63,939 bases of DNA, taken from the IMG/VR virus record IMGVR_UViG_3300024310_000002, positions 1 to 63,939 of that record; one strand, given 5' to 3'. The translations under genes were made by a program, and so were the position numbers. The notes below the pieces were generated by a model that had not been told where the DNA came from, did no database searches, and worked only from the letters and a program-made list of their open reading frames with translations. The DNA comes from a virus (lineage: Duplodnaviria; Caudoviricetes). Below are positions 1-9,492 of the stretch, in pieces (positions within the stretch are counted from its first letter, which is position 1; every line of letters starts with the position of its first letter).

Positions 1-117
1 CCCTTCGCAGCTACCACTACGAAACTGTATTCGAAGTGACGGAGCCCGCGGAAAGCTTCGTGTCGCACGCCACAGTCACGAAGATAATTCTGATCGCAGG
101 GTGAAGCATGGCTATTG
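1..117 (+). repeat. Terminal direct repeat, left copy (assembly overlap)
   Basis: CCCTTCGCAG...GCATGGCTATTG identical to 63823-63939; ORF 63654..63926 reads through it. Confidence 0.97.
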
Positions 118-332
118 GTCTTGATAGAGGGCTGGCATCGCTCTGCATTGGATTGGACAACGCATGCCCCGACTACGAGTTTTTCTACACCAGAGAAGGG
201 AACATGCCGGCCGTTGTCGTCTATAAACGTGACAGCAAGTACGAAGCTAAAAACAGACTGCTCGTCATCGAATGTCCGGACCATGACAGGGACTATGTTG
301 TCACGAAGCTCGTGCTTCAATTTGGAAGGTGA
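108..332 (+). CDS. Small hypothetical protein, C-terminal TKLxL motif family
   Basis: ORF in tightly packed operon; ends VVTKLVLQFGR. Confidence 0.7.
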   Translation: MAIGLDRGLASLCIGLDNACPDYEFFYTREGNMPAVVVYKRDSKYEAKNRLLVIECPDHDRDYVVTKLVLQFGR

Positions 333-335
333 AAC

Positions 336-596
336 ATGAGTTCGATCTGGGAAACCACCATGCCATCTCGGTACATGGGTACGTTCCTGTACGCACTATG
401 CAAGCAGTTCCCAAAGTTCGTGTTTACGTCTGGCGTAAACAAAGAAGGTCGCTACTGTGTATTCATACACCGGGCACCAGCGAACGGTGACACGCTTCCA
501 GATGTAGGCTCTGAGCTTGCCGAGATTGAAACCAATGGCGGCTCTGACAAGGACCTCGAAGTGCTTTTTACAAAGATCGCACTGCTTCACGGTTAA
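336..596 (+). CDS. Small hypothetical protein, C-terminal TKLxLLxG motif family
   Basis: GGAAGG RBS; ends LFTKIALLHG. Confidence 0.75.
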   Translation: MSSIWETTMPSRYMGTFLYALCKQFPKFVFTSGVNKEGRYCVFIHRAPANGDTLPDVGSELAEIETNGGSDKDLEVLFTKIALLHG

Positions 597-632
597 AACT
601 TCAAGTGGCACAGTCTATGCATAGGTATAAAT

Positions 633-965
633 ATGACCAAAGCAAAACGATATGAAGGGGAGCGACTACGTGCTGAGCAGTGGCACAACATGGGTCGCGA
701 CAAAGCTTGGGAAGCTCAACGCAAGGGTGAGCCCGAGCTAAGGCGCATCGTGCATGGTAAGTTCGACGTATACTGCAGGGCGATCTACGACCATAATGAT
801 TGCGGCTATTTGATCGTTACAGAGCTAACCTATATGAAGCCGCCGGTTGTGACCAATGCAGCCCGTTCGCACAAACCGGAAGACCTCGTAATGGTGCATG
901 AGGAGCCGTGCTTTGAGTTCCCATCGGACCATCTAAAGACCAAACTCTTATTGCTGGTAGGCTGA
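633..965 (+). CDS. Small hypothetical protein, C-terminal FPS..TKLxLLxG motif family
   Basis: Ends EFPSDHLKTKLLLLVG. Confidence 0.75.
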   Translation: MTKAKRYEGERLRAEQWHNMGRDKAWEAQRKGEPELRRIVHGKFDVYCRAIYDHNDCGYLIVTELTYMKPPVVTNAARSHKPEDLVMVHEEPCFEFPSDHLKTKLLLLVG

Positions 966-966
966 C

Positions 967-1296
967 ATGGCTGTTACTCCCGAAGGTAAGATCAAGAGAA
1001 TGGTGCAGAACGTACTAGGGGAGTTCTTCGACGATGCCCCCGGAGGCGGGCTCTATAAATACTGGCCTGTGCCGTCGGGGTTTGGAGCTTCTTCGCTAGA
1101 CTGCATTCTGTGCTATAGAGGCAAGTTCATCGGTATTGAGACGAAGGCGCCGGGGAAGAAGCCTACTCCGCGGCAGGAGCTGACCATCAAACAGATGCAG
1201 CATGCTGGCGGCATGGTGTTCGTGATCGACAGCGAGAAGGGCGTGCACGACCTGCGCGTCACGCTGCAGGGATTAAAAGATGCAAACGATCGTTAG
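967..1296 (+). CDS. VRR-NUC domain PD-(D/E)XK nuclease
   Basis: PEGKI...LD...FIGIETKAPGKKPTPRQ...GGMVFVIDS pattern; adjacent to SNF2 helicase. Confidence 0.88.
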   Translation: MAVTPEGKIKRMVQNVLGEFFDDAPGGGLYKYWPVPSGFGASSLDCILCYRGKFIGIETKAPGKKPTPRQELTIKQMQHAGGMVFVIDSEKGVHDLRVTLQGLKDANDR

Positions 1297-2866
1297 TGGC
1301 AAGCACAAGATCATCGGTGTTCCTCGCACTGAGCAAGTGGCGGGGTTGTTTCCGATGGGCAAGCCGCACCGCTTCATGGATCAGGATTACATCTTGATCC
1401 CGCACAGCGAGACCGAAGTGTATCTTCTTCGTAAGATCGGCTTCGATGCGCCCGCGCCGATACTCTCACAGTATGATTTCCCGCAGACAGTGGGCAAGCC
1501 CGCGTTCGAGGTGCAGAAGAAGACCTGCGCGCTTCTGACTATGGCGCAGCGGGCCTACGTCCTCAACGGCATGGGCACAGGCAAGACCAAATGCGCGATC
1601 TGGAGCTTCAGGTATCTACAGAAGATGAAGCGCGCGAAGCGTATGCTCGTGGTGGCGCCTCTCTCTACGCTGACGTTCGTGTGGCAGCGAGAGGCGTTCG
1701 AAGTGGACCCTTCTATCAGGGTTAACGTGCTCTACGGCGACGCGAAGAGGCGGCGCACGAGGCTGGCTGAGGACGCGGACATCTACGTCATCAACCACGA
1801 CGGCGTCGGCGTCATCGCCAAGGAGCTCGCGGCGTTGGTGGCGGCCGGCGAGATCGATGTTCTCGTCATTGACGAGCTGGCCGTGTACCGCAACAAGTCC
1901 GAGCGCACGAAGGCCATGGTAGCGCTCGCTGCGAAAATCCCGTGGGTGTGGGGCATGACTGGATCGCCCATGCCGCACGAGCCGACTGATGTGTTCTACC
2001 AGTGCAAGGTGGTCACCCCCACCACGGTGCCGCGCTGGTTCACGCACTTTCGGGCGGCGCTGATGTACCCCCTTGGGCACGTGCAGAAGTGGGTGCCGAA
2101 GGCCGACGCTGTGGAGCAGGCGTACGACGTCATGCAGCCGAGCGTTAGATTTACGATCGACGAGGTGCAGGAGTTGCCGCCGTGCATCGAGCGCTACGTC
2201 GATGTTGAGATGGGGCAGGTGCAGAAGAAAGTCTACAAAGAGATCGTGGCCCACTGTCAGAGCGCCTTCACCAACGGCGAGCTGATCACGGCAGCGAACG
2301 CTGGCGCCGCCATGGCGAAGCTACTCCAAATCAGCTTGGGCTGGGTCTACACGACTGATGCTCAGGGCCAGAAGCAGGTGAAGCCGCTCGACAACAAGAA
2401 GCGGATCGAGGCGCTGATCGATGCGATCGAGAGCACAGATCGAAAAGTGATCGTGTTCGTCCCCTACATCCATGCGCTGGATGGCATCGGGCAGGCGCTC
2501 GCAGCGGAGAAGATCGACTATGAGACTGTGTCGGGCGATACGCCGTCTAAAGAACGTAATCGAATTTTCAACGTCTTCCAGAATACAAGTAAGCTTAAGG
2601 TTCTACTGGCACACCCGCAGTGCGTGGCGCATGGAATTACTCTTACGGCAGCGGACACAGTCGTGTGGTTCGGACCAATTACCTCGCTCGAAACCTATGA
2701 CCAAGCCAACCACCGGATCAAGCGAGTAGGCCAGAAGCACAAGCAGCAGATCATACATCTGCGGAGCACCTCCGTCGAGAAACGTGTGTATGGCATGCTC
2801 ATTGCGAAGCAGGACGTGCAGAAGCAGTTCCTGAAGATGTTCGCTGACAGCAATGAGGTGTGGTGA
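1280..2866 (+). CDS. SNF2/DEAD-like superfamily 2 helicase
   Basis: Walker A MGTGKT, VIDE, MTGSP, HGITLT, QANHRIKRVGQ motifs. Confidence 0.92.
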   Translation: MQTIVSGKHKIIGVPRTEQVAGLFPMGKPHRFMDQDYILIPHSETEVYLLRKIGFDAPAPILSQYDFPQTVGKPAFEVQKKTCALLTMAQRAYVLNGMGTGKTKCAIWSFRYLQKMKRAKRMLVVAPLSTLTFVWQREAFEVDPSIRVNVLYGDAKRRRTRLAEDADIYVINHDGVGVIAKELAALVAAGEIDVLVIDELAVYRNKSERTKAMVALAAKIPWVWGMTGSPMPHEPTDVFYQCKVVTPTTVPRWFTHFRAALMYPLGHVQKWVPKADAVEQAYDVMQPSVRFTIDEVQELPPCIERYVDVEMGQVQKKVYKEIVAHCQSAFTNGELITAANAGAAMAKLLQISLGWVYTTDAQGQKQVKPLDNKKRIEALIDAIESTDRKVIVFVPYIHALDGIGQALAAEKIDYETVSGDTPSKERNRIFNVFQNTSKLKVLLAHPQCVAHGITLTAADTVVWFGPITSLETYDQANHRIKRVGQKHKQQIIHLRSTSVEKRVYGMLIAKQDVQKQFLKMFADSNEVW

Positions 2867-3153
2867 TGAAAAAGAAGAGCAAGCTGGAGGGATTTACGTT
2901 TGGCTTCTCGGAAGGCACCGAGCGTCGAGGAGTAGGCGACTACGACAACGTCATCTGGGATAACGGTAAAGTGTGCATTGCTCTTTTAGCCGAAGGTAGC
3001 GGGTACAGGCTGGACTATGGCGACGAGCGTTCCGATAGTCCCGCCGGTTTCACTCGCAGACAAAGCGAGATATTTAGAGAGCTCGACCCCATGCTCATTA
3101 GATGCGTAGCCCTTCAATGGGTAACCCACGGAGGTAACATCGAACATGACTGA
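2860..3153 (+). CDS. Hypothetical protein (weak LEIEC-like C-terminus)
   Basis: Fills the gap between helicase and next gene; C-terminal PMLIRCVALQW. Confidence 0.6.
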   Translation: MVMKKKSKLEGFTFGFSEGTERRGVGDYDNVIWDNGKVCIALLAEGSGYRLDYGDERSDSPAGFTRRQSEIFRELDPMLIRCVALQWVTHGGNIEHD

Positions 3154-3559
3154 CCAAACGCAAAACCTCACATCCAACGTCGACGTCGAGAAGCGCGTCG
3201 GCCAGTATATTAAACTTCGCGACCTCAAGGCAGAGATGAAGGAGAAGCACGAGAGCGAGCTCAAGCCCGTGAACGAGACGATGGCTATGATCGAGGAGGA
3301 GCTCAAGAGCGCGCTCAACTCCGTCAACGCCACCAACATGAAGACCGATGCGGGGACGGTTTCGATCTCCGTTAAAGCGTCGGCGAGTGCCGCAGACATC
3401 AACGCTTTCTGGACGTGGGTGATCACGCAGGGAGCGTTTGACATGCTCGACAAAAAGCCTAACGTCACTGCCATCACCGAATACGTGAAGCAGCACGGCG
3501 TCCCCCCGCCGGGCGTGAACTACAGCACCTATCAAGGTATCGGCGTGCGTCGCAAGTAA
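3146..3559 (+). CDS. Conserved coiled-coil phage protein of the replication module (Gam/gp157-like)
   Basis: GGAGG RBS; N-terminal coiled coil then KTDAGTVS...PPPGVN, typical of PolA/SNF2 modules. Confidence 0.6.
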   Translation: MTDQTQNLTSNVDVEKRVGQYIKLRDLKAEMKEKHESELKPVNETMAMIEEELKSALNSVNATNMKTDAGTVSISVKASASAADINAFWTWVITQGAFDMLDKKPNVTAITEYVKQHGVPPPGVNYSTYQGIGVRRK

Positions 3560-3608
3560 TAGGGAAGCGACGCTAACAACACCCACCATCTGGTAAGCAG
3601 GAGAGAAA

Positions 3609-4853
3609 ATGTCGAACGCAATCGTAGTGCCCCCAACGTTCAACGGGCAGGTCGCAGCCGTCTTCCAAGGGCAGCAGGCCGGGGATGATCTTTCGGGCGG
3701 TATCACTGGAGGCTACGGGCTTCTCAAATATCGCGGCAAGGTCTGGTCGGTCCAGCACAACGGCAACAGCGTGACGCTGATGCGTGAGGACGGCGATGGG
3801 CCGCGCGGCTCCGTCGATCTCGTGATCGTCAAGGCGAACGCCCACCTCTCGAAGACGTGGTATGAGCAGGGCTGGGACGAGAACAACAACAATCCGCCGG
3901 ACTGCGCGTCGGCGAACGGGATCGTGCCGGACGCGGGCGTCCCGAAGCAACAGAGCGCCGTATGCGCCACGTGCCCCCGCAACGCTTGGGGCTCGGCGCC
4001 GAACGGCGGCAAGGGCAAGGCGTGCGGCGACCATCGCCGGCTCGCCGTGGTCCCGCTGACGGACCTGCGCAACGAGTTCTATGGCGGCCCCCTGCTGCTG
4101 CGCTGCCCCGCTGCGTCGCTGCAGGACATGGCGGCGTTCGACAGTCGCTATAAAGGTCTCGGATATCCCTACTTCACAATGGGGATCAAGGTCGGGTTCG
4201 ACCCGGCCGAGAGCTATCCGAAGTTCACGTTCGCCGCGATCCGCCCGCTCACCGAGGACGAGGGTCGGATTGTCATGGAGCTCCGGAACTCCCCGGAGAC
4301 CGCCCGCGTGATCCACGAGGGCACCGCGCCGGCTCAGGCGGCCGTGGCTGCTCCCGCACAGGGCGCCTTCCTCGAACAGCTGCCGGCCGGAACGCCGACG
4401 GCTGCAGCGGCTCAACCGGCGCCACAGGTGCAGGTTCAGCCAGTGGCTCAACCAGCTCCCCAGCCCGTTGTCGCTCAGCCCGCTCCAGTCGCCGCCCAGC
4501 CCCAACCCGCAGCTGTCGCCCCGGCTCCGAGCGTGGCTCCAGCTCCAGCTACGGCTGGAGGATTTGGAGCTGCAAGTCCTCAGCCCGCTCCTGCACAGGC
4601 TGCAGCAGCTCAGCCTGCGGCCACGCAGCCCGCCCAGCGGGCCGCCGTCGCCATGACAGGGTTCGGGGCGGTTACCCCCGAGGTAGCGGCTCCCGTGGCT
4701 CAGCCGGCTCCACAGGCCACGCCAGCGCCGGTCGTGGCTGCTCCTGAGGTCGTTCAACCGGCTCCCGTGCAGCCGGCCCCGGTGTCCCCCGGTGTTGTGT
4801 CCGCGTTCGAGGGGTCTATCGACGAAAGGCTGAACGCTCTTCTGGCGCAGTGA
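3609..4853 (+). CDS. Putative ssDNA-binding/annealing protein with Cys cluster and long Pro/Ala/Gln tail
   Basis: PDC...CATCPRNAWGS...GKAC motif; low-complexity linker; position in replication module. Confidence 0.65.
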   Translation: MSNAIVVPPTFNGQVAAVFQGQQAGDDLSGGITGGYGLLKYRGKVWSVQHNGNSVTLMREDGDGPRGSVDLVIVKANAHLSKTWYEQGWDENNNNPPDCASANGIVPDAGVPKQQSAVCATCPRNAWGSAPNGGKGKACGDHRRLAVVPLTDLRNEFYGGPLLLRCPAASLQDMAAFDSRYKGLGYPYFTMGIKVGFDPAESYPKFTFAAIRPLTEDEGRIVMELRNSPETARVIHEGTAPAQAAVAAPAQGAFLEQLPAGTPTAAAAQPAPQVQVQPVAQPAPQPVVAQPAPVAAQPQPAAVAPAPSVAPAPATAGGFGAASPQPAPAQAAAAQPAATQPAQRAAVAMTGFGAVTPEVAAPVAQPAPQATPAPVVAAPEVVQPAPVQPAPVSPGVVSAFEGSIDERLNALLAQ

Positions 4854-4864
4854 GGCGAAGACCG

Positions 4865-4895
4865 ACCGGAGGGGTATCATCCCCTCCGGTTGTTT
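4865..4895 (+). terminator. Intrinsic terminator-like hairpin
   Basis: ACCGGAGGGG-TATCAT-CCCCTCCGGT then TGTTT, just after stop 4853. Confidence 0.65.
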
Positions 4896-4908
4896 GGCAG
4901 GGACACCC

Positions 4909-7900
4909 ATGAACTACGAACAGGCACGAGAATATCTGGCACGTGTTGTGCCATGGCCACAGCCCGGGGAACCGGGCTTTGTCAACTTGCACTGGACCTT
5001 CCCACCCACGAACCCCCGCCCCGACGGTAAGCCGGCATGGACCGGGCGCGCCGTGAAGGATGCCGCCGAGGCAGCGCGCGTGCTCGAGTTCGCGTTGAAG
5101 TCCGGCTCCAACACGCTGGACGTCTACGCCTGCATGAGCTCGCAGCTGGAGGCGAAGGCGCAGACGACCAAGGGCAAGAAGCCGTTCAGCTACAACGCCC
5201 CCATCCGGCTAGCCACCAACGCGATCTCTCTCAAGAGTTTTTTCATCGATGTAGATTTCGGCAAGCCGGACAAGGTTGATCCTGTCACCGGCGCCAAGAC
5301 GAAGATTTCATACGCCACGGCCGAAGAAGCGATTACAGAGGTGATGTTGTTCATCTCGAAGGTCGGCCTGCCCAAGCCCACGATGGTGGTGCACTCGGGT
5401 GGTGGCTTTCATTTTTACTGGTGTGTCGCGCGCGCACTCACGCCCGCTGAATGGCTCCCGATCTCCTTCGCACTGGCCGAAGCTGCGAAGGCGTATGGGC
5501 TGCTGTGCGATACTCAGTGCACTGTCGACACTGTGCGCGTGCTTCGAATTCCCGACACGCTCAATAGGAAGCAGGAGCCTGCTCGCCATGTACGCTTTGT
5601 TGGTCCACGCCTCGATTTCGATTATAATGTCGATCGGATCAGTACACCTCTTCAACCTTACGTGGGAAGAGTTCATTCGCCGGCGGCGGGAGGAGGGGTG
5701 GATCGAACGCTCTTTCCGCCACGTACATTCACCGCTGATATTTCTGAGCTTGGCATGGGGCTCGATAGTCTCTGGCCTGCTCCTGATCTGGATCACGTTG
5801 CTCTGGCATGCGGTTTTGTTCGCGATGCGATCCTCACCGGTGGCGTGCATCTATCCAACCCCCTCTGGAACATTACCACTCTGATCTCAACGTTCACCAA
5901 GGGCGGCCGTGCAGATGCACACCGCATGGGAGACAAGCATGCGGGTTACTCGAAAGAAAGCACCGACGAGTTCTTTGATCGAAAGGATCGCGAAAAATCT
6001 GAACGCGGTCTTGGCTGGCCCTCTTGCGCCACGATCTCTGCGACAGGTGCAGCAGCTTGTCGCGGATGTGCGCTATTTGTACAGGGAAAATCGCCGCTTA
6101 ACTTCGAGCAACGAGCAGCTAGCACGCCTGCGGTCGGAAGCAATCCGGGACTTGGCAGCGTGCCAGCTACAGCTGCAGTTGTTGGACAGGGAGCTCCAAT
6201 TACGGCGGGAGCCTTCGGACCCGCGCAAGCAAACGCAGCGAGTGCTCAACATAATCCAGCAGCACCTCAGCAGCTGGTAACCTCACAAGGTAACAGCGGC
6301 GATCTCCCCGCGGGCTACATCCGTAACGCCGCTGGCATAGTGTCGAAGGTGGTCCCTGATCCTGCGAACCCGCAGAACCAGATTTCTATCCCGATCAGCG
6401 ATTACCCGCTTCTGAATGCGTGGCTGCAGAACGAGCCGCGTATGCTTCACTTCGATAGCGTGGTGGATCGCAACAAGACTGCTCAGATCAGTATCGAGCT
6501 TGAGTGTCTTGCTACGACTGAGATGCGCAAGGTGCTGCAACGGCAGGGCTTCATGCTCGCGGCGAACGACAAGACCGCAGGAGATTTTTTCGTGTCATGG
6601 GTGAAGAAGCTTCAACAGGTTCGCGACAGTGTAGCAAGTGCACCCTTCGGGTGGCAGGACAAAAACGGACAGACGGAAGGTTTTATATTTGGTGGTCAGC
6701 TATGGACGCCGAATGGAAGCTCGCCGAGCGCTACCGCAAACCCGGTGTTAAACCATCAGTACAGGCCGAGAGGCTCCGACGCGTATTGGCTGGATGCAGT
6801 AAAGCTAGTCACATCGCAAGGACGGCCAGATTTGGAGGCCATAGTGGCGTCAGCTTTCGCTGCACCCCTTGTGATGTTCACTGGCCACTTGGGTATGCTC
6901 ATGAGCGCGTACAGCAAAGAGAGCGGCATCGGCAAGTCTACTGCATTAAGGATCGCGCAGGCTGTTTGGGGCGATCCCATTCGCGCAGTGCAGTCGTTGT
7001 CGGATACGCAGAATTCTGTCATGAGAAAGATCGGCGAAGTTCGTTCGCTGCCCGTGTACTGGGACGAGCTCAAGACGGACGAAGATACGAAGAAGTTCGT
7101 CAACATGACGTTCCAGATCGCACAGGGCAAGGAGAAGTCGCGGCTCAATCAACATGCTCAGATGAAAGAGCCGGGCCACTGGCAAACCCTCGTAGTGTCA
7201 GCGTCGAACGACAGCTTGATCGATCACGTGACGCAGCAGACACAGACCACGCTGGCGGGGCTCTACCGTATCTTCGAGTACACTGTGAAGCCTCCTACGG
7301 CGACGACTATTGGCTTGGTGGATGTATCCGAAGCGACCATCCGCCTCAGCAAGTTGAACACCAACTACGGGAGTGTTGGGCTGAAATATGCGCAGTGGCT
7401 TGGAGCGAACTTCAAGCAGTGCGAAGTGGACATGGCGACACTGAGTAAGCAGCTGAACCTTGAAACCTCTGCGATGCAGGAGGAGCGATTTTGGATATCT
7501 TTGATTGCTACCATCTTGCTCGGCGCACGATACGCCAACAATCTGGGCTATGCGGTGTTCAACGAGCCGTCCTTGAAGGATTTCTTGCTCAACTCGCTGA
7601 GCACTATGCGCGCGCTACGGGGACGCCAAACCGTGGACTTAACCCAGACTATCAATATCTCTTCTATAATGGCAGCCTTCCTGAAGGACATGCAGGCGCA
7701 GAACAAGGTGATCCACACGGACCGGATACACATTGCTCCGGGTCGGCCGCCAAACCCGAATAGTGCTAACGCGGTGAAGGTGCTCAAACCATCGGATACT
7801 TCACGGCTCAATGGTATCGTCGTGCAAGTCGGCCACAACGACAAGCTCATGCGTATTGCCAGTGCAGCGTTCGGTGAGTGGCTGAAAAAATCAGGCAAGT

Positions 7901-8061
7901 CGCGGCACCTCCTGATGGAGGCGTTACAGGCGAGCATGGCCACACAGCATGTGGTCGGGTTTCTTGGCGGCGGTACAGGGCTCGCTTTCGCCAAGGAGAA
8001 TATCATCCAGATCGACCTCTCGAGCTCGAACGATCTCAACTTCGTGGACGAAATCCAGTGA
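4909..8061 (+). CDS. Primase-helicase: RepB/AEP-type primase fused to DUF927/P-loop ATPase
   Basis: FIDVD, HSGGGFHFYW, RVLRIPDTLNRK primase motifs; FGW, SGIGKST, YWDE, GKEKSRL in C-terminal half. Confidence 0.85.
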   Translation: MNYEQAREYLARVVPWPQPGEPGFVNLHWTFPPTNPRPDGKPAWTGRAVKDAAEAARVLEFALKSGSNTLDVYACMSSQLEAKAQTTKGKKPFSYNAPIRLATNAISLKSFFIDVDFGKPDKVDPVTGAKTKISYATAEEAITEVMLFISKVGLPKPTMVVHSGGGFHFYWCVARALTPAEWLPISFALAEAAKAYGLLCDTQCTVDTVRVLRIPDTLNRKQEPARHVRFVGPRLDFDYNVDRISTPLQPYVGRVHSPAAGGGVDRTLFPPRTFTADISELGMGLDSLWPAPDLDHVALACGFVRDAILTGGVHLSNPLWNITTLISTFTKGGRADAHRMGDKHAGYSKESTDEFFDRKDREKSERGLGWPSCATISATGAAACRGCALFVQGKSPLNFEQRAASTPAVGSNPGLGSVPATAAVVGQGAPITAGAFGPAQANAASAQHNPAAPQQLVTSQGNSGDLPAGYIRNAAGIVSKVVPDPANPQNQISIPISDYPLLNAWLQNEPRMLHFDSVVDRNKTAQISIELECLATTEMRKVLQRQGFMLAANDKTAGDFFVSWVKKLQQVRDSVASAPFGWQDKNGQTEGFIFGGQLWTPNGSSPSATANPVLNHQYRPRGSDAYWLDAVKLVTSQGRPDLEAIVASAFAAPLVMFTGHLGMLMSAYSKESGIGKSTALRIAQAVWGDPIRAVQSLSDTQNSVMRKIGEVRSLPVYWDELKTDEDTKKFVNMTFQIAQGKEKSRLNQHAQMKEPGHWQTLVVSASNDSLIDHVTQQTQTTLAGLYRIFEYTVKPPTATTIGLVDVSEATIRLSKLNTNYGSVGLKYAQWLGANFKQCEVDMATLSKQLNLETSAMQEERFWISLIATILLGARYANNLGYAVFNEPSLKDFLLNSLSTMRALRGRQTVDLTQTINISSIMAAFLKDMQAQNKVIHTDRIHIAPGRPPNPNSANAVKVLKPSDTSRLNGIVVQVGHNDKLMRIASAAFGEWLKKSGKSRHLLMEALQASMATQHVVGFLGGGTGLAFAKENIIQIDLSSSNDLNFVDEIQ

Positions 8062-8351
8062 CGAGAAACATCGTCGACATCATTCAGGAGCAACACGTGA
8101 ACCAGCCCACCCCCACAGAGAAGGCCCAAGTGCTCGTTACCTTTGCGAGTAACGCGCAGGTCATGTTCCGGTTCAACACCGTGAAGAAGGCCGAGAAGGA
8201 GTACAAGGCGCTCCTTGCTGCGTGGAAGAATAACGATAAGTTCCACCTCGTCCACGGTGATATGTTCGATGGCGTCGTCGATCTCTACAGCGTGCTGTAC
8301 ATCTGCTTTGTCGATCACAGCGTGGTAGCGAAGTTCGTCCCAATCCCGTGA
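8058..8351 (+). CDS. Hypothetical protein
   Basis: GTG start overlapping primase stop (GTGA); phage-like codon use. Confidence 0.65.
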   Translation: MTRNIVDIIQEQHVNQPTPTEKAQVLVTFASNAQVMFRFNTVKKAEKEYKALLAAWKNNDKFHLVHGDMFDGVVDLYSVLYICFVDHSVVAKFVPIP

Positions 8352-8566
8352 GCCAGACGTCTCAGTTCGCCTGCGTGCACTGCGGTTATGCGTACACAAA
8401 GGCGACCAACACAAACAAGGCCAAGATCGCTCCGGATATTCGCCGTCAGCGATCTTGCCTTAGATGCCACCGGGGATTTGTTACCTATGAGGTAACCGCG
8501 GATGATTACGCTTCATTGCAGGCGGTCCGTAAATTGATCCGAGAGCTCCACCCACCCGCGAGGTAA
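8348..8566 (+). CDS. NrdR-like N-terminal zinc-ribbon protein (no ATP cone)
   Basis: CVHCG...IRRQRSCLRCHRGFVTYE mirrors NrdR CxxCG...IRRRRECxxCxxRFTTYE. Confidence 0.7.
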   Translation: MSQTSQFACVHCGYAYTKATNTNKAKIAPDIRRQRSCLRCHRGFVTYEVTADDYASLQAVRKLIRELHPPAR

Positions 8567-8568
8567 CA

Positions 8569-9492
8569 ATGCAGGAGATTAGAGATTTGGGAATTGGCAC
8601 GGGAGAGTTCCCGGCGTTGCCGTCGGCACCTTCCACCGAAGACATCCACCGCGCGATGCAGAAGAGGCGCTGGTTCGGTAGTGCCGCGTGCAAGGGTGCG
8701 CTCGAAGTGCTCTACGAGATGAAACACATCGAGCAGTTCAACTTCGGCCCCCTTAGTCTGGACACGATCCGCGAGGCACAGGCTGAGGCGATGGAGTTCA
8801 TAGAGTATGGATGCTTCTCGTTGCCCTACCCTGAATGCGTCATGCGGTGCTCGGTCGCGTTCGACAATCGTACCGTGGGCTTCCACTTGTTCAACGTGAA
8901 CCGTGAGCCCGGTAAGCTTGGTGGAGACGGTGAGCGCCTCGCCACCGTGACGTCGATCCACTCCGAGAACGAAGTGCTCACGTTCCGCGCCGACAACACA
9001 CTGCAACTGATGTCGACGCCCGACCGTGGCAAGGGCGTGACCATCATCGTGCCGAAGCTGGAGCTCAAATATTGGGAGCCGCAGATCGGCAAGGTGGCGA
9101 CGCGGGGCTACGTCGAAGACAGCAATGGCGCGATCATCACGGAGGGCTCCATCATAACGATGGGCCTGATCATGATCCTCAACACCAAGGGCGTGCTCAA
9201 AGAGCGCTCAGCGCCGCCGGCGAAGCCCAACAAGGTGCGTGCCGCGCGCGGCGTTCCGCTGATCCCCTACACCACGAGAGTGTATACGTCGGTCTACAAT
9301 CAGGCCGTTAAAAGTGGGCCTGCTGGAACGCACGCCAGTCCGCGCCCGCATCGGCGGCGTGCTCACGTCCGCCACTACCCGAAGACCGAGAAGCACGAGG
9401 CGTATGTGAAACCGATCGCAGCGATGCTCGTGAACTGGGACGGTCAGCCTCTTCCTGAACGAGCCGAGTACGAGGTGAGGAATGCGCGCTAG
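8569..9492 (+). CDS. Hypothetical phage protein with C-terminal HASPRPHRRRAHVR motif
   Basis: 307 aa ORF with GAGG RBS; Arg/His-rich C-terminal motif. Confidence 0.75.
   Translation: MQEIRDLGIGTGEFPALPSAPSTEDIHRAMQKRRWFGSAACKGALEVLYEMKHIEQFNFGPLSLDTIREAQAEAMEFIEYGCFSLPYPECVMRCSVAFDNRTVGFHLFNVNREPGKLGGDGERLATVTSIHSENEVLTFRADNTLQLMSTPDRGKGVTIIVPKLELKYWEPQIGKVATRGYVEDSNGAIITEGSIITMGLIMILNTKGVLKERSAPPAKPNKVRAARGVPLIPYTTRVYTSVYNQAVKSGPAGTHASPRPHRRRAHVRHYPKTEKHEAYVKPIAAMLVNWDGQPLPERAEYEVRNAR

Noticed and set aside
3573-4910. 445-aa minus ORF and repeats in the SSB tail
   Set aside because: Shadow frame of the Pro/Ala/Gln low-complexity tail
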